From the NCBI GenBank assembly GCA_051294375.1, contig CM119268.1, forward strand, positions 13,651,037 to 13,715,036: a DNA stretch of 64,000 nucleotides. Reading direction: 5' to 3'. The notes below the pieces were generated by a model, which saw only the letters and a list, made by a program, of their open reading frames with translations, made no database searches and was not told the origin of the DNA. This DNA is from Paraspadella gotoi (taxonomy: Eukaryota; Animalia; Chaetognatha). A program made the position numbers and the translations under genes. This document shows, piece by piece, positions 22,901 to 32,874 of this stretch (its first letter is position 1; every line of letters starts with the position of its first letter).

Positions 22901-25900
22901 GCGTCGGGGTGGTTCGGCGGTGGGGAGTTTCGCGGCCGCGGAGCCTTTCGGGGCTACAGAGGCTCCAGGGGCGGCGGGTTCGACTTTGGAATGGGCGGAG
23001 GAGGAGGTTTTCGAGGGGCGACCTTTGGATTCCGGGGGTTCAGAGGCGGGAGGGGATTCGTCAGGGGAATGAGGGGAGGATTCGCCGAGCGAGGCGGAGG
23101 GACCTGGAGAGACAAGTGAGTCGCCGACGACGACGACGACGACAATGACGACGACTGAAAAGACGACTCTGACGACGACCATAATTGTCTTTGACGTCTT
23201 CAATTTTCCCTCTTTTTCTTTCGTTCGTTTCATCCTTCCTCTTTTTTTCTTTTTTCTTTTTTTCTTTTTTTTTTTTGCTAAACGTAACGCATTGATTCTT
23301 TAATCAACCGAAACGTTTCGATTGCCTCTACACCCCACCCCCCCCCTTTACTCGCCCTACCTCCACCCCCTTTACTCGCCCTACCTCCACCCACCTCCCA
23401 TCATCTCAACTCGCAATGTAGATACGGATTGCCAGAGAAGACTAAACACGTGCTGATGGTAAAGAATCTTTCGTCGAAGATCAGTTGGCAGGTACGGAAA
23501 TCTGGATCGATCCATCCGATCGATTCGTTTGGTTCTTTGGGGAAAAATCTATCAATGTTGTTGTTGTTGTTTTTGTTGTTGCGTTAAAGTCGCGCGAAAA
23601 GCATGAGCGCAGAATAGTGATTGATTTTTTTTTTTCATTAGTGCTAAATTTTCGAGGATCGATTCTCAAAGGGAAAGTCTCAGGCGTTTCTGAATAGTCG
23701 CGGCAAATAGTTTAAAATGCTTCGATAGTTTTACTGATCACTATTGATGCAGCATTTCAAATTTCAAACAAATAGTTTAAAATAGTTTAAATAGTTTAAA
23801 ATGCATCGATAGTTTTACTGATCATTATTGATGGAGTATTTTCAATTTCAATCAAAAAAAGATAGACGGATATACAGAAAGAATTATTAACTTAAACCAA
23901 CGGACGTAATGATAAAGTGTCTTATTGTCGTCAGATAAAAAGTAAGATTTTAATAATTTTTTTTTCAATGAGATGGATATCATGATAAAACTCTAACTAA
24001 ATATATTTAGTGCCCGATCAGAATATTTTTACACAGAGAATTCAAAGTTTCTAATTCATGAAGGAATGGATCAACTCGATTTATATAGATCAACTATTTA
24101 ATTCTCCGTAAATATTCTATTTTTTTTTTGGTTCTCAATATTTAATTTTTAAAGTACGCTGCGACATAGATATTATAAATTAATGGAGCATGCCGCTTTA
24201 AATCTGGGTGATGGATTGTTTCAAAAATTAAAAGTCAACAAAAACATTAGCGATTATTAAATAATTTTAAACGAAAAATCCTCATCGACCTCCTTCCCTT
24301 TTCGTTTTTTTTTTTGTTTTTTTTCCGCGTAGAATTCGATTTTAGCGGCCTTTTATCATTTGGTGTGATATGAGCGAAGCTGTGATAAAAAAAAGAAGTG
24401 ATAACAGACGGAAAACCCGGGAAACGATAACCGAGATCCGATATCACCGACAGAAAAACCCCTGATGAAAGGAAGAGGCTTCCAAAGATAACCAGGCCTG
24501 CGCGGTTTATATTGCAAATCCCAAATCTTTCTCCCCATTCTCATCTGACCCCCAACGAAAAGAAAAAAAAAAGAAGCCCAGATGATGGGGGAAAAGACGG
24601 AGGGGAAAAGTGAAAATAGACGATGACGGGACGAGCGCCAAACGAGACCCGACAGATTTTTTTTGGTTTCGAGTTCTTTTTTTCGCCCTCAGAGGGAGGG
24701 AGAGACAGAGAACGATAAAGAGCGAGAGAGCGAGACAGATATCGCGAAAAGATCGAAACTATACGAAGCCCATTACCATCGTTGGGACGCGTATTTGCCG
24801 GATGAATTATTGCAGAAAGACAAAGGGTTATTTTGCTTGGAGCTAAACCAGAAAATTATATCATCCTACTCCCGTTTACCTAAACAAATATCAACGAAAG
24901 GAATAAAAAGTATAAGTAAACGATAAAAATGAGTTTATTACGTGTTTTTTTTTCCTGACTTTTTTTTTTCCTTCTCAACAGACGGAACTAATTTCATAAA
25001 AAAAAAAGATCTAGAGTTGAGAGAGAAAGAAAAAAAAAGAAAGAAAGAAAAGATGATAAAATGTAAATAATCTCATGTGGCTTTCTTTCTAGAGCGTGAT
25101 TATCATCATCCTTTACGCGTTTCTTAACCCCATCCTTGTCAAATTTTTATAAAGTAAGGACTTATATATCCCCTCCACCTCGAGCCCCAACTTCCGTATA
25201 AACCTTCATACCCTTTGTATATAAACGAAATAAAATCGCAGTTGATCACATTACACGTTGATTGATTTTATTTTGTGAACAAATTATACACCCGATCCGA
25301 TTTGACCTTCTAACACGTGACCTCCCGTTCTCTCTCTCACCGGTTCGTTCGCTCAGGGCCGAACGTAATGATGCAAACCAGTACGTTTTCAATTATGCGA
25401 ACGATTGTAAATGAACAAGTCAAACATTCTTATCTTTTTTTTGGGTTCAGACTCTTAAAGATTACATGCGAGACGCCGGCTTGGACCCGACGTTCGCCGA
25501 CGCGCATCGAGTGAAGAAGCATCACGGGTAAGAGCGTGAATGAAACCAGTTAAAGAGATAGAGGCTCAATTTTTTCTAATGCCATCTCCCATCTTCTGTG
25601 CCCCCGTTAGGAATCTTCTGTTTGTGCGAGAATATTTTAATTAAATAAAAAAATAATCATAGCGAACAAAATCCATTCAAAAAAATTTCATCGTTTAATC
25701 AGCTATTTTTGGAGGTTCAATGAAAAACAAAAAGAAAGATTTTAAGTTCTGCGAATCTTCAATAAAAGAAAGGGAAGAACTGTTGATCTCCTTTTTTTCT
25801 TGACAAAGAAATTTCTCTTTTATCTTTAGTAAATCGCGACCAGAACAGAACTCCGTGAGTCACGTCGTGACACGTTTCTTTTTTCCTCGACTCAACCAAA

Positions 25901-26511
25901 TAAAATATTTTTACCTCACTCTCTCTTCCTCCCTCCCAGAGTCCTCCACTTCTCCAACTTCAAGGATGTCGAACGCGCCGTGGAAACCTTCGACGGCGAA
26001 GACATCAACGGAAGGAAGATCAAACTAATTATTCCATCCAGATCTCCTTCTCGCGATTCGTGAGTCCAAACCCCTTCTGAGCAGAGCAAGCTCAAATAGC
26101 ATTTTAAACCTAACTTAAAATCCTCATTCTTGGCCTCAGTCACTCACTAATTTCCTCACCCTGATCACTTTCCTCACCCTTTCCTCACCCAGATCGCGTT
26201 CCTCTTCCCGTTCCTCCTCTCGCTCCACATCGAGGTCGTCTTCCCGGTCGCGATCGCGCCGCTCCAGATCAAGATCGAGATCCAGGTCAAAGTCGAGGTC
26301 GAGATCGAGGTCAAGATCGAGGTCAAGATCGAGGTCCGCCGACGAGGACGACGATAGAGATGACGACGACGACAAAGACGAAGGCGACGACGAATCTTTC
26401 AAGAGGAAATCGCGAAAGTCTTCGTCGGAGAGAAAGAAGAAGAGGAGGAAGAGCAAACATCGTCATCATCGTCACAGGCATCATCATCATCATCATCACC
26501 GGAAATCGTAG
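16951..26511 (+). CDS. SRSF6: Serine/arginine-rich splicing factor of the SRSF4/5/6 (B52/SRp55) family, ~398 aa
   Basis: Exons 16951-17079, 18917-18987, 22705-23115, 23422-23491, 25451-25527, 25940-26059 and 26193-26511 (TAG) total 1197 nt with consistent phases. RRM1 (RVYVGNL...KEGYGFVDFDDPRDANDAIDELDGKSILGRRVKVEYAKG), Gly/Arg/Phe linker, pseudo-RRM2 ([40 protein letters not shown]...GVLHF...AVETFDGEDINGRKIKLI), RS domain, then acidic, basic and poly-His tail. The symbol marks the family, not strict orthology. Confidence 0.95.
17661..17701 (+). repeat. (GGCGAAA)n heptamer repeat in SR intron 1
   Basis: About 5-6 tandem copies are visible. Confidence 0.8.
17921..18045 (+). mobile_element. 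R1 repeat copy (5'-truncated) in SR intron 1
   Basis: Aligns by eye to 15832-15950 and is preceded by tandem CATGCTATGT units. Confidence 0.8.
20580..21683 (+). CDS. Intronless C2H2 zinc-finger protein (12 fingers, 367 aa) nested on the same strand in SR intron 2
   Basis: Single ORF with 12 CxxC-x12-HxxxH units and HTxEKPY/H-type linkers. Codons are AT-rich, unlike the host exons. CCAAT at ~20134 upstream and AATAAA at 22460 downstream. Confidence 0.9.
   Translation: MVSPSDENLSIAQSTNEPKECHFCQKSFLSETCLQSHLLTHAIFGKYKCHFCDKWFPCKSWLGRHLLSHKREKPLKPYICELCKQGFTRKHNLNLHLMKHVNERWYECEICLESYQGSENFEKHVLYHKNLEDAQKKPYRCEFCQMGFLQIEYLRWHLLTHKDEESYKCNKCLKTYLTKSQLNIHMRSHFEEKPHQCGICQKSFVTRHDLNQHNLTHTKEKPHICEFCQTGFAIISNLKQHIKTHTNEKPYKCEFCQKAFRLNSKLKRHMGMHSKERPYKCEICQKSLKNKESLTYHDVKHKNLRPHQCEICEKSFTSKNGLNMHRVIHTKEKPYACEICHKPFKFKIHLQLHVSRHKMSHRYVKFA
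21668..21962 (+). pseudogene. Out-of-frame and decayed extra zinc fingers downstream of the ZF stop
   Basis: The -1 frame from 21668 reads CEICLKWFSHHLLLQTHIKSH (intact finger), then V*EK*HQ*EICQKSFSNKFQLKTYYLRH (decayed). Another remnant, KEKRHKCEVCQKCFLTRG*, lies near 21906-21963. Confidence 0.8.
22481..22656 (+). mobile_element. R1 repeat copy (diverged) just upstream of SR exon 3
   Basis: TTGATAGGGAAGC...GTTATTATCTAGTAAAGGGAGATGAAGGCCTT...CTGTCCAAAGTCAGGAGCAAGATAGCT...ATACCAATTTCATAAG. Confidence 0.7.
23706..23852 (+). repeat. ~75-bp tandem duplication in SR intron 4
   Basis: AATAGTTTAAAATGC.TCGATAGTTTTACTGATCA.TATTGATG.AG.ATTT.CAATTTCAA occurs twice. Confidence 0.75.
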
Positions 26512-26916
26512 AAGTCCATCGATATCATCGTCATTTTTCGACTTTTTTTCAGAAGAAAAGATTATTTATCATAGAAATTTTTGATTTTCATCTTTAATCA
26601 TTAAAGGGAATTTGAGTTCATATCCATCGCTACCGTGATCTTTGCCTCCAGAATCGGAGGTTTTTCATTGCTTTCATAGATTTTTGTCGCATGTTTTTTG
26701 GTTTTTTTTTGTCTTTCGTTGCTACTAATGTAGGATATTTACATTGTTTTCCGTCACAAGATGTATTTATGCTAGCAGGGTCCGTCTACATTGTACTATC
26801 ATTGTTTCCATGAAATTTTACAATATATTAATTTAAAACTCGGTTGCTAATTTCGCCCAGTTATATGTAATGATTCTAATTACAATAATATCTCCTCAAA
26901 AAGATGGAGGCAATTT

Positions 26917-28340
26917 TCAGGACCAAAAGCCTCTCCAAAACTTTTCAGTCAGATCTTCTAACATCACCAAATCGCCGGAAGCTTCCTTCACCATCGCGTC
27001 GACGACGTTGTCTTCAATGTCGGCCACACCCAAGTCTCTCAAGATCCTGAAAATGCGGAGGGGTGCGATTCACAATATAAAATTATCGAGGAAGCATATC
27101 CCTATGATTAAAAAGTCAGAGAACGTCGTGTTGGGTTACCAGATATATTCAATGAGTATTATCTATATTAAAAATTGTTCGTTCCCAGATCTAGAATAGC
27201 TGTCTCTAGATAGTTTTTAATTGAGCCTTCAAAGCAAAATTTTAGCAGCTTGTGCCTAGAAATTACTCTTTCAGAAGTACGCATAGATTTATTATTCGTT
27301 AACCTTTTGATTCCGCGTCTAGTTTGAAAGGTTTCCATCTCATAATACGCAAAAGCGGCGTGAGCTAAAGCGATAAAAAAAAATTAAATTTGGTTCGAAT
27401 ATACCCCTGTCCGTTTTAAAAAAATGTGACCAAAGACATTAATGTAATGGGACCTGATCTTTCGATCGAATCATCGTTCCATCGAACCGTCGCCACCTCT
27501 ATGCAATCTTCAACGGTGACGTCAGTATCCTGATGATAATATCAATATTATCGTGATAGTCTATATATATAATGAATATATAATATATATATTATATAGA
27601 GCTCATGCATGCTGTTCCAGGTTGGTAAAATATCACGTCAAACACGTTTTTTTTGGCAATCAAGGTGATAACCAAAATAAAATCTTATGGAGCAATCAAT
27701 AAATCAACTCAAAGACGGTCCTGATTTATGTTATAATTAAGCATTCTTACGAAGCAAGATTTTGGTGAAATAAGACTTGAACAATACCATGGAAGCCAAC
27801 ATAAAAAAAAAAAAAAAAAAAACCAAACAAACGGAACATTTACCATTATTATTAACTTTCAAAAGTTCGCTATTGGTTTTGACCCGTATGAAACCGACCA
27901 ATCAAACAAAAGGCCTCACCTCGATCAGGTCGACCCACTCGACATCCATGGGATTCATTCCGGCCATTCTGAGCACCGTGCCCAATTGGTACTTTCGAAT
28001 CAATTCGTCGTAATCTCAGGAAAACGGGTAAAGCAGCTCGATTCATTATATCGATTTACCTTCGCCAGCAACTACGACAAGACAACGTCGAAACATCGAC
28101 TATAATCCGGTTAAAACCCAAAGATCTTATTAGTTATTACGCCAGGCCTCTTTTAAGCTTCACAATATTCCACAGAGTACCTCTATCCAAGATCTTGAAA
28201 GCCTCTCTGATACGCCTTTCCAACTCGGCGCTGATTCGTTTGCGGCGGAGCTCCTCGGAACTCCTCCGCGGGGGCAACGGACAGGTGCATTTGTTCGGAA
28301 AGATGCCGCGCAGGTAGCAGCAGGGCTTCCAGGCCGCCAT
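26917..28340 (-). CDS. Divergent calmodulin-like / EF-hand protein (173 aa) with a Cys-rich N-terminal extension
   Basis: Exons 28340-28181, 28014-27920, 27529-27454, 27364-27304 and 27046-26917 (TGA) total 522 nt with phases 1,0,1,2 consistent. IREAFKILDRDYDELIRKYQLGTVLRMAGMNPMDVEWVDLIE parallels calmodulin [62 protein letters not shown] parallels [21 protein letters not shown]. Confidence 0.8.
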
Positions 28341-30948
28341 CTTTGACCTGGCCAGTTTTCTGATAGGGTAAAGATATCAACGCACAGTTTAGCGAAAATT
28401 TAGCGGGATTCTTGCAAAAAAGTTTTAAAAAAGCTTTTTAAGCGCTAAAAAGTAGTTCTCTTTAATTTATTTAGCTATGTATAATTCTTTTACTATATTT
28501 TTTTTACTGATTGTGCATAAATTATCAATAAAATTAGGAGTGTACATTCACGGAATGTCCATCTATTTTAAGAATATCAGGGGTACAACAATTTTGAGAA
28601 ATGAATAATACTCTGTACAAAAACAAAAAAAGAAAACAAAGCCCCGTCCCAAAGTTAACGCGGAAGGAAAAAGGCGGTTGATGAGATGCAAATAAAAAGG
28701 AGTAGTAATAAATTGCTTTTTTTTAAAAAAAAGAAAACTATGTCATGAAAGTAAGTTTTTCTCTCCTAAACTATCCAACTAAAATAAAAAACCAGCATAG
28801 GGTAGAATCGCTACTGAGGTAGAGCGCGACTAAAACGATTGAACACTTTACATTTACTTAAAGAGAAATAAAGTGGCTAATGTTTCGCAACAATTTTCAC
28901 TGTATTAATTTGCAAGCACAGTCTTTTTTTTAACGCTTAAGTACACGCGTAATTCTCATTAGTCATTTTTTATTAACCGCTGGTTCAGCCTTGTATTAAC
29001 AACAGAAAAAAATAGAATGTTTCTCATCGAGCAAACGTGACTAGAGTGGTTTTAAGGGAAAATAAGGGGACCGCTTAATTGAAATTCGTGTAGCTAGTTG
29101 TGTTTTTATCTTACCGTAATGATGATAAAAAAAAAACTGGAAAACGCTGCGTAAAACTACTATACTAATTTAATTACACTTTAACTAGCACGAAATATAA
29201 AACAAACACAAAAAAAAAAATTACTGTGATAATCTGGGTAGCGGGGAAAATCGGAGAAAAAGGAAAGACACTTCGCCAACCCAAACTTTTCAGTGCGAAC
29301 TTGCACAAACTTGGATCAATTATTAATATTTTTTTTTTTGCTAATAAAAATGACAAAAAAATGGATCACAGACAAATTTATCCTATGCGCAGGAGTAAAG
29401 CAGAATGTCGAAATTGAAAAAGAAAAATGACTGAGATGACAGGGATGGGGGATCAAGAAAATTCACCAAGAATTACTCAAATTTTGTCGTCGATTTTTAA
29501 GCCCGAATAATTATCATCACATTACTGTCACGAATGAATTATAAACAAAGAACTTAAATGTAATATACCAGGAATAAGACAAACTATGCTGCTGCATTCA
29601 TGATGTAAGAAAAAAAAAACCCAAGAAGATCGACCGAATTAATCAGACGATTGAAAATTTTTAATTTCTCGTGAACCATATTTATCTAAAAAAAAATTAA
29701 ATAACTTTCTTTTTAACAAAAGCACTGGTCAAATATATATTTAATCCACGCTAAAAGCAACGCCGATGGTGTGTCGTGAAAAACTTTGATGCAGATGATT
29801 TCTTGGGGAAAGGGGGAAGGTGGGAATGAGGGGAGAAATGAAAAAAAAAAGGGGGGGGAGCTATGATGAATAAAGCGAAGAGACAGGATATGTGCGGCAA
29901 AAGTTGAAAGGAAAGGCAAAGTGACTTCAATTGTCAGCAAGGCCAAGGGCGGTGATAGTTTTTTTTTTTTCATATAATCTTTGATAACAAAAAAATATTT
30001 TTAAGCGCAATTTCAACCGCGGCACTTCCGGGCAACATGGCAAAAAAATGATACACAAGATTCTTTTTCGCATTAAACGGCTCGGTGGCCACATACCGGG
30101 CCCGGGTAAGTCAGCCTCAGCTTTAGATTAAAAGATTACTGCGGTCCGCTACGTTCACATCTAATAAAATTTTTAAAAAACATTCACATGGGATTTTTCG
30201 CGTGCTTAAGGTAACACGCTTATCTTTAAAAAACAACCGCCTAAAAATATTTTGCATAGTGAGATCCTGGATGCACGGGTGCGGAGTGACAGGAGCAAGA
30301 TTCTAGTTTTTTTTTATTAAGGCGCGAACTCGTGAAACTCACGAGATAACATTTTTTCCCTTGCAAACGTTCCATTTTCATGCAGTGATAAGTCGTGTGA
30401 CAACTTTCAGCGACTCTTTTTAACTTGAAACATAATTCGAGCGCCTCACGAGGGCATAAAAAAAGCGTTACTATAATCAAGAAGGGTATCGAAAAAGCTT
30501 ATTAGTTTTCTATAAAAGCAGACCACATATTATGCCAACCGCTTTACATTAATATTACTTAGCTTTCTTTGTAAGTCAAAAATAAAACAAATCATCTTGC
30601 CATGCTGTGTTTTGGCTATAAAAAAAATAGGTAACGAACGTATTAAAGAATAAAAATTAAAAAAACCATAGCATAATTTCACCATTTTAGAAAATACGAT
30701 GTATAACGAAAGCTTGTTTTTTTGTTTTCTTGTCAACAAATTCGTTTCGTCTTGCATCAACGCGACAGCGAAAAAAAAAGGGACGCGAGGCGGCAGCAAC
30801 GCGGATGCAAACCGACTCCAATTTATTGGGGACGACGCCGACCGACGCCTGCGGGTCACCAAGCGACATTTGAAGTCAAGATTCCCCCAAAAAATTTTTT
30901 TCTGACGTCGGTGCGCACGAGTAGCGTCTCCCAGCAGTCAACGCCTGG

Positions 30949-32874
30949 TCAAACGGCGCGTTGCTTCTTGCTCTTTCTTATGCAACAGCACAACATGGAG
31001 GGTTGGACGGCGTCGGCGTCTTGATTGGCCGTCGTCGGGTGAATCGGCGTGATTGAGTGACCCGCAGCCGAAGGGTCGTGGACGACGACGTCGCCATTAA
31101 GGTTCGTCGTCGAAGGCGCCGCCGCCGCCGTCGACGGATGGAGCCGATCCTCCTTGGTCGACGGTGCGCCGTTCGTCGCCGGATTCCCGCCGCGCCCTTC
31201 CGAGGGTCCCGCGCCGCCGGCGCCGTCGGCCGGAGCACCCGAGGGCGGCGGCGGAGGCAGAGAACCGGCAACCGTGGACCCGAACTGTTTTCCGCACCAG
31301 TCGAACTGTCCGTCGTAGCGCAGACCCTGCCGCTCCAAGAGTCCGTGGAACAGCTTGCGCAGGTGGTCGTAGTCGGGAGTCTCGAAGAAATCCAGCCGTC
31401 TCACGTAGCGCAGGTACATGGACATCTCCTCGGGGAAATTTTCGCAGAGAGAGTCGACCGGGGTGGTTCGCTTGGTGTCACCGATCTTCTGGTAGCGTTC
31501 CTTGAGCGTGTCGGCCTTCAAGCCCTGCCACGGCAGCGACCCCCGCAGAAAGTACATGAACATGTGACCCAGGGCCTCCAAGTCGTCCCGCCGGCTCTGT
31601 TCCTTGCCGAGGTGGGTGTTGATGCTCATGTAACGAGCCGTGCCCGTGAGGGCCTTGTGCTCGCGGTAGGGAATGTGCTTGTTGGTCTCGGGGTCGATGT
31701 ACTCCTTGGCGAGACCGAAGTCGATGATGTGGATGACGTTGTCCTGAAAGCGGGGAGAAGAAAGTGAAGGAGTCCGAGGACAAAAGACATTGAAGGTTAA
31801 ATTTAAAATTTTGACGAATTAAAAACTGGAAAAGTTTGACGAAAAAACTGACAGTTAAAAGGGAGAGAGGGTCAACCAATTAAACAAACAGAAAAGACCG
31901 ACTAACGGACGAACAAAAAAAAGACAAAAACATACAAATAAACAAATACAAACCGACAGACAGACATACGTACTTACAAGCAGACAGAGATAGCCAAGCT
32001 TAACCGACTGATAGGAATACGGTCAGAATTTGACAGACAGGAAAACTGACAGAAAAACTGAAAATAAACTGAAACTAACTGCAATAAAAACTAACAGACA
32101 AGATGAAAAACTAACGGAAAAAGTGACCGATAAACTGGTAAAATGACCGGTAAATGTCAGACAAACAAAGAAATGAAAACATACTGATAGACAATCTGGT
32201 AACAGGAAAACTGGTAGAAAAGCTTTTAGATGAACTAACAAACAAACTGGCAAACATAAGGTAAAAATAAATAATTATCATACCTTCCGCGAGGACTGAC
32301 GCCCGAGCAGAAAGTTTTCGGGTTTGATGTCTCGGTAGATGAGGTGCTTGGAGTGAACGAACTCGAGCCGCGTAATCAGTTGGATGGCGATGAGCAGCAC
32401 CGTCTTCAGGGAGAACCGTCTATCACAGAGATCGAAGAGGTCCTCTAGACTGGGACCGAGGAGTTCCATGACCAGGGCGTTGTAGCGCCCGCAGGGCCCG
32501 AAGTAGTGGACCTGCGGAACGCCCTCCGCGACGCCGAGCTGTTTGTAGAAGCGGTACTCCAAGTGGAGCTGCGGCGCTCGAGACCGCATGGGCTCCAGCT
32601 TGATGGCCACATGCTCGCTGGTGTAGAGGTTCTTGCCGAGACGCAACTCGCCGAAGTTGCCGCTGCCGATCTTCTTGCCGACGCGATAGTTGGGTCCCAC
32701 CATGAGAACGTTGGAGGAAGTCGGCCGGCCGGAACCCGACGAAGAGCCTCCGCCGCCTCCGCGGGATTTGGTCGCTGACGACGACGTCGGTTTTCTTTCG
32801 TCGTCGTTGTCGCCGCCGCCTCCGCGTTGCTTGTGCGAGCCGCGTCGTCCCGAGTTTGCCGCTGGCGTCGACAT
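30949..32874 (-). CDS. CSNK1G: Casein kinase I gamma (gilgamesh-like), ~461 aa
   Basis: Two coding exons, 32874-32284 and 31743-30949, with a phase 0 GT-AG intron. Motifs: [110 protein letters not shown], and the C-terminal CCC plus basic palmitoylation motif ([13 protein letters not shown]) typical of CK1 gamma. Confidence 0.97.
31880..32260. repeat. Degenerate (GACA/AACTG)-type low-complexity repeat filling the CK1 gamma intron
   Basis: Recurrent ACAGAC/AAACTG words. Confidence 0.6.

Noticed and set aside
23114-23119. Stop codon overlapping the SR exon 3 donor, suggesting a dedicated RRM+RGG short isoform
   Set aside because: Any phase-2 intron starting GTGA or GTAA creates an in-frame stop, so this is expected by chance without transcript evidence.
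22577-23233. 218-aa antisense ORF over the RGG exon
   Set aside because: Shadow ORF of a GC-rich, repetitive coding exon with no domain features.
27390-27402. GGTTCGAAT tRNA B-box-like motif
   Set aside because: No cloverleaf or A-box; it lies in a short intron of the CaM-like gene.
31057-31767. 236-aa plus-strand ORF and other overlaps with CK1 gamma
   Set aside because: Antisense shadows caused by high GC3 codon usage.
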